The notes: generated from the sequence alone by a model not told the origin. 63,881 bases of DNA, filler included, from Octopus bimaculoides (GCF_001194135.2; 4 parts of 4 records of this genome joined end to end with filler, not necessarily neighbours in it); one strand, 5' to 3'. Counted from the first letter of the whole stretch, positions 47,179 through 59,430 are shown. Made by a program: numbers and translations.

Positions 47179-47524
47179 TATCTCGATGAAAATCAAAGAA
47201 AAAGAGGATATCTATAGACAACTGCTTCGAAACCTCCAGCTTCTATATCCAGACTGTGAATTCATATTCATACCAATAATAATTGGAGCACTAGGTTTTG
47301 TTAGTAAATGCTTAATGGAGAATCTGGATAAACTGGAATTTTCAGAAAGAGAAAATGACCGATAATTCGTACACTACAAGTGTAATCAGTGAGTAGAACA
47401 GTAAAAATATGAAAGACTTTTCTCAAGTTCCAAATGTGAATTTGCTTGTGTTAACTACATCCCAAAGATGGATCCTTGTATCTTTGTTTGAAACTGGCTC
47501 CCTCCTCAGTGGAAGATTTATAAT
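47179..47524 (+). mobile_element. Second copy (3' fragment) of the R4-like family at 26681-28150
   Basis: ISMKIKEKEDIYRQLLRNLQLLYPDCEFIFIPIIIGALGFVSKCL. The UTR gttaactacatcccaaagatgg..gaaactggctccctcctcagtggaagatttataata is shared. The 5' junction is at (TACA)n. Confidence 0.9.
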
Positions 47525-47525
47525 A

Positions 47526-47555
47526 CAGTAGTCTCCCAGTATTCGCGAGGGTTAC
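47526..47555. mobile_element. Tigger/pogo-like terminus inserted at TA, running into a gap
   Basis: ta|cagtagtctcccagtattcgcgagggttac resembles Tigger/MER2-type TIRs (CAGTAGTCCCCC..TATCCGCGG). Only 30 bp are visible. Confidence 0.4.
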
Positions 47556-47682
47556 NNNNNNNNNNNNNNNNNNNNNNNNNNNNNNNNNNNNNNNNNNNNT
47601 TAATTAATTAANNNNNNNNNNNNNNNNNNNNNNNNNNNNNNNNNNNNNNNNNNNNGCTGTTCTAGTTTTAAAACTAATGAAC

Positions 47683-47713
<31 letters not shown>

Positions 47714-47717
<4 letters not shown>

Positions 47718-47935
47718 TAAAATATTCAGACAAATACATAACAAAAACACCAGGACTTACAAATATATATAACATACAGAAAATTGCATTACTGGGCATT
47801 GCACACATCCTACGCAAAACACTTTCAATACAGTAACCATAAGAGCATCACAGCAAACCACATCACCTACCCAAGGCACACAGAGCTGCGCTCGGTAGTG
47901 AAGTGAAAGCACGTTATAAAAATAAAACTACTGAT
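47714..47935 (+). mobile_element. 3' end of another R4/Dong-like family, flanked by (AAT)n on both sides
   Basis: 47717-47836 reads IKYSDKYITKTPGLTNIYNIQKIALLGIAHILRKTLSIQ*, followed by a UTR of about 100 bp. Confidence 0.8.
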
Positions 47936-48039
47936 CAATAATAATAATAATAATAATAACAACAATAATAATAACTAGCTAGACCTGTGAAACATTCACG
48001 GAAAACAAAAAAATGTAAGCATTTGTAAAATTAAGTTTA

Positions 48040-48220
48040 CTGGTGCCATTAGAAGTGTTTGCATATTATGACCGTCTTTACGTTCTGAGTTCAAATTCTG
48101 CCAAGATCGACTTTACCGTTCGTCCTTCGGGGTCTATCAATTAAGTTTCAGTTGTGTACTGGGCTCGATCTAATTAACTGGGCCCCTTCCCACAAAAAAA
48201 TTCAGGTCTAGAAAAGTATA
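48040..48220 (+). mobile_element. SINE family C
   Basis: gtctttacgttctgagttcaaattctgcc..gatcgactttaccg..ccttcggggtc..gtactgggctcgatctaat. Confidence 0.8.
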
Positions 48221-48517
48221 TTGTGTCAGTTACAGAATATAGAAAGTAATGTAACACCAATGACTATATAATCCAATCAAAATATCTGTTACACAAACGT
48301 AAACGGAATTACTATTTAACCTTAAAGTACATCGTACATATTCAAAGAACCTTAATGTACAATTTGAAATGCATAAGAACGAAGTAATAAATAGATTTGT
48401 GAATGAAAGTTTTGTTATTGCGTTTATTTCCACCACACGACACTTATTATTGCAAACATGGTTTAACTAACCTAAACTATACACACACACACACAAATAC
48501 ATTCATATATATGTCTC

Positions 48518-48650
48518 GAGTTGTAGCTGTAATTCAAAGTGGCCAGCCTTGTCATATTTTGTGTGTGGCTGATTCTCCCTGAGAACTATGTTAATGTTAC
48601 GCATGTGTATGAAATACTCAGCCATTTGTGAGTTAATTTTTTACTCGTGT
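48518..48650 (+). mobile_element. SINE B/B' tail fragment
   Basis: ctgtaattcaaagtggccagccttgtca..ctccctgagaactatgttaa. Confidence 0.65.
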
Positions 48651-49079
48651 GGTAACGAAAAGTGAAATTGACATCCAATATTTACTGCGTGTATGTATCT
48701 ATGTATGAACTTTTCTTTGGATTAATGTATCTACTGTCTCTCTCACTTTCTTTCTCTTTCAATTCCTTTCTGTCCCTCTTCTCTCCTGCCGTAGTGAGAG
48801 GGGACGTTAGAGGAGATAAATGTCTAAGAGACCATCGTATGAATGAGAAAGGAAGGTGTGATAGATGAATAACGAAGGAAGGAATGAAAAAGATGATAAA
48901 CGGCGTTTGAAGTGTGAGTATGTGTGTGTAAAAGAGAGATATGTTTGCGTGCATGTGTGTGTGTGTGTGTACAATGAAAACAGGATGGTAATGTTCAACA
49001 CTGAAAATGTGTGAGTATATGTGTGTATGTGTGTGCGTGTACAAGGGAACTATGTGAAACTTTACATATACATGTAAAG

Positions 49080-49215
49080 AAAATATAAAAAAATAATCCA
49101 GAATCCTTGTCCGGTACCGGATCGGTCCAAGAATGTAATCGGTTCGTGCCAGTCAGGAGGCCAAACATCCCTGAAAGTTTCATCCGAATCCATCCAGCGG
49201 TTGTACATTCCAGCG
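49080..49215 (+). mobile_element. Fragment resembling Helentron-associated (DINE-1/HINE-type) non-autonomous elements
   Basis: ccggatcggtccaagaatgtaatcggttcgtgcc..catccctgaaagtttcatccgaatccatccagcggtt resembles the conserved block that precedes the microsatellite in these elements (recall only). Confidence 0.45.
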
Positions 49216-50333
49216 GAATGTACAAAAGAAACTGACTAGACATATGATAACCTCCATATAGCAACAACCGATTCCACGTGATTTCAGTTGATTACCATTC
49301 CGCAAATGCGGAAGCCGCAGATTCTTGAACCATTGCGCAATGTAGCGTGTGGTTTGTAGCTTATAGTAGTTAGATCTGCCGGTAGTCAGTCAGGTTTTTA
49401 CATTTACGTGACAAATGACAACCTCTTGGCATAAACCTTTGCTATAAACCCATAATATTTCTACTCGTAAAGTGTACACAGGCCTAATGTCTTATAATAT
49501 CAGAGACGAGAAATATTTTCTGGTAGTAACATATTTCTAACTGAACAGATGAGTCGTTGAAATGACCCATATAATGTAAAGAGCAATTGCTGGTCAAGAA
49601 AATAATAAAGTAAAATCATAGAAGGAAGGACATATTTTTTCCGCAGACACAAATGAAAGGAGGAATTATTAGAATCCCATCTTTATTGGAGGAATATTTC
49701 AAAACACTTCCATATTCTAACTATTTCTACTTACATTTAACACATTTCTGCAGCAAAAGGCGAAATGTGAATAAGACAACTCGGATATTAATAAGAATAA
49801 TATGTATCATAGTCATACACACTATTAATTTGAAAAATGAATATCATCTACTGAATATTTCGAGTGTTATGTTCACAATGGCAAGTAATTGATATTAAAG
49901 TGTTACGATGTTACATTCAGGAGAAACTTAAGTGTGAACCATGTGCTGTTAGCGGATTTAGTCAATAGGCTTAATACGAGAGTAACACATGACAAATGAA
50001 AGGCGCCCAAACAGTAGCAAATGACATATTTCATACCGTTATCTCTATTTGCAAATCTGATACTAGCGTTAATATAATGTTGGATATGAAAAATGAAGTC
50101 AAAACTATATGTATGCTTCATGTGCGTATAAATTTTATGTTTCAATCATAGTATGAAATCGGCTTTTATCAAGAAAGTACATGTGTTAATAAAATAACGT
50201 AGTCAATGTGTAAAATTTACCATAAACATCTGCTAAAAGTTATCATAATGATGATTGTAGAACACATACATCAATTTAAAACAGTGATGTCCTAAGTAAA
50301 GAGAGTATATATAGACGCAGGGGTGGCAATATA

Positions 50334-50820
50334 GGCACAGGCGCAGCTGTGTAGTAAGAAGCTGGCTTCTCGACCACATGGTTCGAGTTAGGGGTCCATA
50401 GTGTCACGCTTTGGTAGAGTATCTTCTGCTATAGCTGACCAAATCTTGTGAGTGGATTCGGCGCACGGAGACTGAAAGAAGACTCTGTGTGCTCGCGTGT
50501 ATGTGCGCGCGCGTGGGCTCGCAACTGTGTGTGTGTGCGCGAGTGTCTGTGTGTGCGCGAGTGTGTGTGTGTGTGCGCGAGTGTGTGCGTGTGCGCGAGT
50601 GTGTGTGTGTGTGCGCGAGTGTGTGTTTGCATCCGTGTTTATCACCCACGACCGCTTGATAACTGGTTTTAGTGTGTACGTCACTGTAACTCGGTAAAAG
50701 ATTCTGATAGTATAAGTACCAGGTATTTACAAAATAAACGTTGGCGTCAATTCGTTCAGCTAAAATTCGTCAAGGCTTGCCCCACCATGACCGCTGTTTA
50801 ATTACTGAAACAAATAAAAG
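50334..50820 (+). mobile_element. SINE family A, diverged, with a CpG-rich internal repeat
   Basis: Head ggcacaggcgcagctgtgtagtaagaagc, core cttctgctatagctgaccaaatcttgtgagtggatt, tail ccccaccatgaccgc..actgaaacaaataaaag. Confidence 0.8.
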
Positions 50821-50934
50821 TTATATTTTCATTGCCCGTTCATGAATATAAATTTGACATCGAAAGCTAGCGTTATAATCATCAGTTTTACAAATATTTA
50901 TTACTATATACTGTGCACAAAACCTATTATGATT

Positions 50935-51125
50935 GACCGTTGACTGAACACTATTCAATTTTTTTTCTCCGTGTTTTTCTCCTTGTCTCCGTATTCTTTC
51001 TGTTGAAGAGCGTAGCTCGAAACGTCAAAGACTTTCCGTATTCCCGAGCGTCATACTAATATATACTTTTGTTATTTACACCACCTGTCCTCGTCTGTTG
51101 TTATTATTTGTATATTCTCCCATAT
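50935..51125 (+). mobile_element. Short PLE-type terminal repeat family, copy 2
   Basis: Aligns with the reverse complement of 4875-5100 and ends in (TA)n. Confidence 0.65.
50995..51031 (+). ncRNA. Variant minimal hammerhead-like motif (CUGUUGAA core)
   Basis: UCUUU-CUGUUGA-A-[GAGC gua GCUC]-GAAA-CGUC-AAAGA: 5-bp stem I, 4-bp stem II, palindromic ACGU stem III, GUC triplet. Confidence 0.55.
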
Positions 51126-51136
51126 ATATATATATA

Positions 51137-51521
51137 GCTGCACGACATCGTGAAGCATATTTTCCACTTAAATGTGGCTAACCCTTAAGGGTGGCTGCTA
51201 CTGTAGCTTGTCGTCCAGGAAGACACCTCCTCCAGCTGGCTATTGACCCACCTTCTGTGCCCTATCAGTATTTGCACAAAGGGAGGTCATTCTTCCCATC
51301 TTCAACCTGACGTGATTCACACGGACCCGGGTTACTGGGTATTGAATCGTCATCAGCGTGTGACAATCACCGGTTGTCGATGCAAATACTGATAGCGCAC
51401 TGAAAGTGTGCCAATAGCCAGTTGGAGGAAGTGTCTTCCTGGAGGTGCAAGCTACAGTAGCATCCACCCTTAAGGGTTATTCACATTTAAGTGGCAAATA
51501 TACTTCACGATGTCGTGCAGC
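51137..51521. mobile_element. MITE with about 140-bp TIRs and TA flanks
   Basis: Arms 51137-51276 and 51381-51521 (gctgcacgacatcgtgaag...ctatcagtatttgca) pair with scattered mismatches. TA at 51135-36 and 51522-23. Confidence 0.9.
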
Positions 51522-51566
51522 TACTGTGTATACCTCGCTCAGAGATTTATTATAAAACTAAGAAAA

Positions 51567-51950
51567 GCTTAGATATGTTTTGGCCAAAGATTGGTCCAGG
51601 CAATGTTTAAATTAATAGCACCACTTGATATGATTATCTAAATCCTTTTAAAGTCAAGGTTTTTTTATGGTCCATTCACGTAGTGATCCCTTGTTGAGTG
51701 AGTTGTATCCACGAATGGGTGACTTATCTGGTATTCCTTGAAGAAATCTCTCCAGACCCCGTTTAAAGGTGATGGGATCATTTTCTTCTTTAATCAGTTT
51801 TTGGGATAATGTTAAACAGGGCAGGGCCTGTTGAGGAAAAGAAATTATGTTGCAGTGTACCTATATGTTGTAATACTGAATTGGGTAGGGGACGCATGGC
51901 CCGTGTTCCCAGCCTTGGATGAACCTTGAAACTAATATATGTCTATTGAT
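51567..51950 (-). mobile_element. CR1-like LINE 3' end
   Basis: GTLQHNFFSSTGPALFNIIPK..DPITFKRGLERFLQGIPDKSPIRGYNSLNKGSLREW, followed by a short UTR. Confidence 0.8.
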
Positions 51951-52099
51951 GACAGTTAAGATTCTCTGCCTAGTTCAATGATTAGTGATGACGGCATGAG
52001 TTTTTTTTTTCAAATCAAATAGAAACCGTTATCAACATGACCAATAGTGCAACTTCAAATTTTCGGAAATATTTATAATTAAATAATTTACGCATCACC

Positions 52100-52950
52100 C
52101 TAATTCATTAAAATATTTCTAATAGACAATATTTCAAACCGTTTCTTCAGTAGATAATTAAATATATATACAATGTTTACGATAGTGCAGTCAATATTCA
52201 TAGTTTTATGTTGTATAATTAATACTTTTATTACTATAATCTGTATAAATGTATTCGAGGCAAAGAATTTATTGGCATGATCTATGTCTGGCAGCCTGGA
52301 ATTTTCATGGTTCTCTCTATAGTAAAATATTTGAATAAGTGGTCTAACGTCAGAGAAATGCATTAAACATATTTATCTAATTTGTTAAATAGTCTTCATC
52401 TAATCTATTCAGCAAGTTACGAGGCTTCCATTTAGGATGTACACATTTTTATAGCTGGATGATTCTTCTATTACCAACCACTGTACTGTGAAATGGGATG
52501 AGAAATTCTATTTCAATTATGCAGTCTCTGATGAGTAGAGTGCCTTGTCAAAAATCTGACTGAATGCCAGAGTAGGTAGTGTCCATACATTATTAATGGA
52601 TCAGTGATGATTATACAACCCTAACCATTGAACTCAACAGTAATAATTCACATTCAATTATGGATTGTCTAATTAACTGAAAATACCATTATATGTCTAA
52701 TTATATCTAACTTCTGCAGTGAAAATTTCTTGAAACATTTACAAGTTCAACTAATGTTCTGAAATCCTTAATGCATTGACACCCTACTGATGACTTTCTC
52801 TGATTGGAATAATTCAAGAAAATAATATATAAGACTTAGTAATTTACTTCTGTCGTTTCCCATGAGTTCTGTAACAAGGGTTCCTAGCATAAACTACATG
52901 TTCATAAAATACTTAACACAACATTCTTTCATATAATTTACATCACTGAA
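52100..52950 (-). pseudogene. Very old PLE-like RT/GIY-YIG relic (tentative)
   Basis: Faint matches: GT..MG....L....LE, RY..T (for RYxDD), DCTIVNIVYIF (for CxSxNVIY). Many stops. Confidence 0.3.
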
Positions 52951-54443
52951 GCTAGTCCTTATTTATAGATAGATGTGCTGGACCATTAAGCGATTAACAG
53001 CTTTATCAGTATTTTATTACCTGAATGTTGTCAGAATGTCAGCTGTTATACAACGATGGAAAATATAGCACATTAAAGGTACAGACAAATGTAGAAATCT
53101 TATAAACTTTATGGTATAGTCAAAGCACATGAATAATGCCAAGAAACCTTTTGCAAGAGCTCTCAAACAGGCTGGGAAAAGTATTTTAATATACTAGAAC
53201 GCAACACATTAAGATATCGTGTCATTCATAAATAGGAGGACTAGACCGTATGACGTTTTCAAAAAAATCAGTCAAGAGCTACGCATATATTCTTCAAGTC
53301 CCTTCTACATGATTTCACACAGAATCCTATTGCCCACAATAGTTTAAATGTAGTGGGACACACGAAGTTCACGTTATTGAGAAGCAAACCTCTTAAAAGC
53401 AACAGCCATTCATAATCGTGAGAAGTATCTTTCTTACAAAAGTAATTTGGCTGTTTATAACTAATTTCAAATTGTCAAGTTATTATTACAGTTGTTGAAA
53501 CATTTTACAAGACAGAAATTTTCGGAAAAGAAATAAAGAGAAAATTCAATTTTAGCAAAACATTAACTTTGCTAGCAATACATTTCACTGCACGTGCGCC
53601 CACACCCCAGCCACACGCACCCACGCACACACATACACACACACACATATATATTATGAAATACGTGTATGTTTGTTTATGAGTGTGTATGAAACTAAAT
53701 ATCAATGGTAACTGCATGATTAGAAATTTCTGAAAATCTTTGATCAACACTAATATTTAAAAATTAGCGTAAAAAATTAGCAATGGGTGCGTGTATCTGA
53801 GTGTGTGTCTGCGTGTGTGTTCACACGCGCTCGTGCATGTGTGTCGGAAGCATACACACTATGATTGGTATTGATAAACTTTAAAGAAAGTTTGTCGAAA
53901 TTTCCCCCTTCTTCTACTGAAAGAGAACGAAGCTGAGGAAAAGTATTAACTGTACATTTTTTTTTTCCATTTTGCAAATAATATGCTTTTGGTATCTGTC
54001 CAGTAATTTCTTTTAGAGATCTATCAATTTATTTCCATAAGTAAAATATGGAGTTTTCATTTAATGCAAAACGCTGATAGTGGATGTTATAGCTTTCTTC
54101 ATGTATGAATGCGTTTACTCTACGTCTGTGTGTTTATGTGCATCAAGGAGTATAAATATCAATACATATGTATTTCATTGATGACTATGTGTTTCCATTG
54201 TGTAAGGAAACAAAAACAATGTTAAAAAATAATTCTCTCGTTTCCTCCCCAGTTGATCATTAGAGTTCGTAATAGGAATTAGAAATATTGCTGTCTTTAT
54301 ATACATATATTGTTGCACGCGCACAAGCGTATGCCTGTATACACGTATTTATATATATGTATACATATATATATGACATACATAAGTTATATATATCATG
54401 TATATGCAGTTAAACATAGAAAAGTGAGCGCATAGAAATCTGC

Positions 54444-54496
<53 letters not shown>

Positions 54497-55140
54497 CATA
54501 TCTGTATATATTACTATCTTTTCACAGGTTGTTATAATGCAAGAAGTGGAGGCGGTTTGCAATAGAAGCACGAAAAAAAAATTAGCGTGCATATTCCATT
54601 AATTAGCAAGAAACAGCTACCAATCTCCACGTAGACTACAATTCCATGTGACCGACATATTGTTGGAATTAAGCTGAAGAGTAGGCTTAAATTGTAAATG
54701 AAATGTAATTAAATGGTTGCTACAGTACAAGAGTAATTTTGAAGAATGGAAACTGTATCGTGAAAAACATGAATTCTTAATTAAAGAAACAAAACCAAGA
54801 AAAAGAAAAAAAAAGAAACAAGATGAAGAGAAGGAATTAATGTGTACAAACAAAAGCAAAAATTGTAAAAACGCTTCATAAGCTATAATTTTATGTCTGA
54901 AATTTTATTTCATTTCTGTATATAACTATTCTTTTATATATTTTACTCACTTTTGTTGCAAACTATGTATATTTGGTATTAATCTCTTAATATCTCAGCT
55001 GAATGTCTACGGAATGAAAAACTACCAACATTGCGCTTTTCACCACTATAACCACCACCAGTAATGCAATTACTGCTATCACTGTTACTTTAGCTACTGC
55101 TACAGGACTACTTACAATTATAACACTAATAATTATAACC

Positions 55141-55578
55141 CTTTCTACTATAGGCAGAAGACCTGAAATTTGGGAGTAATGGGAGGGAGAGGGGAAGGTA
55201 GGGGCAAGTCGATCACATCGACTCAACTTTTCAACTTTTACTTATTTTATCGACCCTGAAGGAATAAAAGGTATCGTCGACCTCGATGAAATGCAAATTC
55301 AGAACGAAAATGCAGATGCTAAACATTTGTTTGTCATGCAAACCATTTCGCCACCTTGCCGCCTTTATATCATTTCTACTCAAGGAACAAAGCCCGAAAT
55401 TTTGGGGGAAATTTTGATATCGATCTCAGTAGGCAACTGGTACTTAATTTATCGACCCCGAAAGGATGAGAGGAAAAGTCAACCTCGGCAGAATTTGAAC
55501 TCAGAACGTAAAGACAGGCGCAATACCGCTAAGCATTTCGCCCGGCATGCTAATGTTTCTACCAGCTCGCTGCCTTTA
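55141..55578 (-). mobile_element. Two head-to-tail SINE family C copies (55141-55347, 55352-55578)
   Basis: Each runs tttctact..agg..aa(g/a)..cc(t/c)gaaattt ... tatcgaccc..gaactcagaacg / aattcagaacg .. gccgcc/gctgcc ttta. Confidence 0.85.
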
Positions 55579-55712
55579 TAACAACAGTCAATGCATTGGA
55601 ATTTCAGTTTCGACAGTAAATGGTACCTGTCAGAGTACCAAAACCACAGCTGCCTCTTATGTTGATCAGGAAAAGACAGGTAGCGTTCGTTTTGATCTCT
55701 ACCATATAATTA

Positions 55713-55870
55713 TTTCTACTATAGGCACAAGATCTAAAATTTCGAGGGCGAGGTCTGTATAAACTGGTAATTCCGTCAGCCTAGACGGATGGAATGCAAA
55801 GACGAACTTTTGGCATTTGAACTCAGAACGTGAAGCCGGAAGAAATGGCTCTAATCATTTTGTTCAAAGT
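55713..55870 (-). mobile_element. Degenerate SINE family C
   Basis: tttctactataggcacaagatctaaaattt..atttgaactcagaacg. Confidence 0.6.
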
Positions 55871-55926
55871 AGAAGTTATATATGTTACAGGAATGTGTGC
55901 TTTAATGCTACATTATATATTCGAAG

Positions 55927-56320
55927 GTGGAGGCGCAATGGCCCAGTGGTTAGGGCATCGGACTTGCGGTCATAGGATCGCGGTTTCGATACCCAGATCG
56001 GGCGTTGTGAGAGTTTATTGAGCGAAAACACCTAAAAGCTCCACGAGGCTCCGGCGGGGGATGGTGGCGAACCCTGCTGTACTCTTCCACCGCAACTTTC
56101 TCTCACTCTTACTTCCTGTTTCTGTTGTGCTTGTAATTCAAAGGGCCAGCCTTTTCACACTCTGTGTCACGGTGAATATCCCCGAGAACTACGTTAAGGG
56201 TACACGTGCATGTGGAGTGCTCAGCCACTTGCACGTTAATTTCACGAGCAGGCTGTTCCATTGATCAGATCAACTGGAACCTTCGACGTCGTAAGCGACG
56301 GAGTGCCAACAACAGACAAC
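55927..56320 (+). mobile_element. SINE family B, full length, 12-bp TSD
   Basis: TSD atatattcgaag at 55915-26 and 56321-32; (CAA)n-like tail. Confidence 0.95.
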
Positions 56321-57369
56321 ATATATTCGAAGAAATACGTAACAATTATTGCAAAATAAGATAAAAAGATAAATAAATTTACAGATGTAATTATAGAGAA
56401 GAAATAATAATAAGGAAGTATTATTTGCCAATTAAAATATTTTGAACCACAGTTTGATAGACTTTCATAAAAAATATGAATGTATAGATGATATGGTGTT
56501 GTAAATGTTGAATGATATAGAATTGCAGAATCTTTAATCCTATGCAGAAAATAGATTAATACAGAATGAATAAGCAACTATGAGCATTCATCTTAGAAAC
56601 AATAGTCTCTGACGCAGGGAGAAAATCAGAAACTTTTAGTAGACAATTAGTCAGTACCAATACTTTCATTGTTACTTTTTTGAACTATCACAATAGGCTG
56701 GAAGGTAAATTTCACCTCTGAACACAGATTTAAAAAAAAAAACGGTAATAAATAGTGAAGGTCATTTTACCTGTCTCTCTAATGATTCTTGTTGCCTTGC
56801 TAAGAAGACTAACACGATTTTGTGGAAGAAATGTATTAACAGCAGCACCATCCTTGTGTGTGTAGGTTTCTGTGAGTGTTTTTATATTCAAATAAAATAT
56901 AGGCGATGATAAATTCAAACTGATAATGAGACATATATAAGTACCAAATATAAATTGAAGTATACGGTTTAAGGGGAAATAATAATACCTAATATCATCT
57001 GCAGGATGGCAATTATTGAAGAGAGGAAGAATATTTACTATCAATTAATAATGTTAGCAGCGTGTGGGTTTGTGTATTTAAATTTTGCAGTGCTTTATCA
57101 TACTTTGGGACAACTTAAACAACTTCTAAAATTTCATAATTTGATGTGTTATAGTAAGAAAATATTGTATTTCGGGACGGTCATTTTTGTTTTGTTTGCC
57201 TACTAAACACACGGACTATAACACGTTCTTTACTCGTTTCTTATTGTTCTTATTCTAACTCATGTCCATTGTCTGGGAATCTTTCGAAACACATCTGTGA
57301 TCTCTTCAGAGACATTTTCCGTCCTCGTGTGTGCTCTTGCTCCACTTAGTCCATTCTGTTCTTCTATAA

Positions 57370-57880
57370 TCATAGAATCTACTTATCCCCCCCCCACCAA
57401 TGTAATATGTTTATCTCCTCCCATGAAATTTCTAACCTTGTGCCAAAATTTGAAACCTATGTGTGCATGCTGGCGTAGGCGGCGATCTGGTAGAATCTTT
57501 AGCATGCCCAGCAAAATCATTAGCGATATTTCGACCGTCTTTATTTTCTGAGTTCAAATTCCTCCAACGTCGACTTTGCCTTCCATACCGTCCGGGATTG
57601 ATTAAATAGGTATCAGATGCACACTAGGGTCAATGCAACTGACTTTGCCCCAGCTGGAAAATCTCTGGCCTTGTGCCAAATTTTGTAACGAATATGTCTA
57701 AGTCGGGGTGTTAGTAGAATGTTTAGCAGTATTTCATACATCTTTACGTCCTGAGTTCAAATTCCGTCAAGGTAGACTTGTCCTTTGATCCTTTCGGGGT
57801 TGATGATATACCTTCTAGTTGAGCACTGCGGTCAATTTAATCCACTACACATCCTTCCCTTCTAAATTCAAAATCTTATG
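57370..57880 (+). mobile_element. Tandem SINE family C copies (3' piece 57370-57457; 57477-57693; 57702-57880)
   Basis: Repeated ctgagttcaaattcc..gactt(t/g)..cct..ggg, and 3' ccttgtgccaaa(a/t)ttt. Confidence 0.75.
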
Positions 57881-57990
57881 GATACAGTATTAACGATATT
57901 AAATTAATATATATTTGTATGATTATTTTTTTCATTAGTATGTATAAATTTGATTTGGATATATATTTTAAAATATGGTTTATAAACGCA

Positions 57991-58204
57991 CTTTTCTACC
58001 CTAGGAACAAGGCCCGAAATTTTGGGGCAGGGGCCAGTCGATTATATCGATCCAGTACGCAACTGGTACTTAATTTATCGACCCCGAAAGGGACGAGAGG
58101 AAAAATCGACCTCGGCGGAATTTGAATTCAGAACGTAAAGACAGACGAGATACCGCTAAGCATTTCGCCCGGCGTGCTAATGTTTTTGCCAGCGCGCCGC
58201 CTTA
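57991..58204 (-). mobile_element. SINE family C, well preserved
   Basis: Reverse complement ggcggcgcgctggcaaaaacattagcacgccgggcgaaatgcttagcggtatctcgtctgtctttacgttctgaattcaaattccgccgaggtcgatt..ccctttcggggtcgataaattaagtaccag. Confidence 0.9.
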
Positions 58205-58458
58205 AGATTTATAAATGTTATTTGACCTAAATAGTTTCATTCATTCTGTATATGTTCCTCTCTTATTCTCTTTTATCTTACTTCACTTCTCAAAAGTCTC
58301 TTCTTTCTAATTGTGATATTATTTTTTAAAGATTACCAGCCGTTCTACAAGATATCCTATAACATTCAAATCGTAGGTTAAGTGTTTGACATAAGTTGAA
58401 AGATAATATTGGTTCGAATCATTAATACCAATATTTTATTTACATGTCTATCACATAT

Positions 58459-59430
58459 AAGGTGGTGAACTGACAGAATCGGTAGCACGCTGGGCCAACC
58501 ACTTACCGATTTTTTCATCTGTCTTTGTGTTCTGAGTTCAAACTCAACCGGGGTCGAATTTTCTTTTCATTGTTTCGGCTTTAGGTCGATAAAATAAGTA
58601 CCAGCCGAGAACTGAGGTTGGGGTAGTCGACTATCCTCATCTCCAGAATTTCTGACCTTGAGCCAAAATTTGAAACCAATATATGAAACAAATTTATTTA
58701 CACCTCTATCAAAGAACAGTGTATTTATCAGCTCAACTTTAACATAAATCTAACTATAACTCCTAGTTACCCATGAGAAATTATCTAGCTCGTAGAGTAT
58801 ATTGTTTAGACCTACACCTATCTATAGTTAATGCGTATGCATCAGGCATACTAACATTAAGCCCATATGAAGCACAAGGTTCGAAACTTTGCGGACTCGT
58901 TACCGCACCGGAAGGAAAATGCTTAGCAGCATTTCTTCCGACTTCATGCTCTGATTTCAAATATCACCCGAATTGACTTTGCCTTTCATCCTTACAGATT
59001 CGATAAAATAAGTTCTAGTTAAACACTGGGGGTCAATATAACTGACGTACCCTTCCCCCGATATTACTCGCCTTGTGCCATAAATTCGAACCAATATTAT
59101 ATTTCAGCTCACGTCACACACTTAAATTTCAAATAAAGATTCTTGCACAACTGCTTTACAACTTAATGGTCCATACATAGTGCACAATTGAAATTTCATC
59201 GGCATTTACTTCTTTTAGTAAACTTTTATCTCCACTTCATAAAACGATATATGTTACAACAACTACCTTACAATTAATTACAAGCTATGTACAATTGGCG
59301 AGATGGCACAATCGTCAGCACTAGACCAAGTGCTTAGCATAATTTTTTCCAGCACAATAAGATAAGTATTCGTTGAGCATTGGGGTCGATGTAACCAGCT
59401 AACCCTCCCCAAAAGTTTCAGATCTTATGC
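58459..59430 (+). mobile_element. Three further SINE family C copies (58459-58680, 58893-59095, 59295-59430)
   Basis: Head, B box, gtcgataaaataagtacc/ttc and ccttg(a/t)gcca motifs in each. Confidence 0.75.

Noticed and set aside
52520-52570. CTGATGA with CAGUC/GACUG stem I
   Set aside because: GAAA is replaced by AAAA and there is no stem III. A relic at best.
56600-56650. CTGACGC..GAAAC with aatagtct/agacaatt flanks
   Set aside because: A9 is mutated, stem II is absent and the triplet is broken. Probably a dead PLE terminus.
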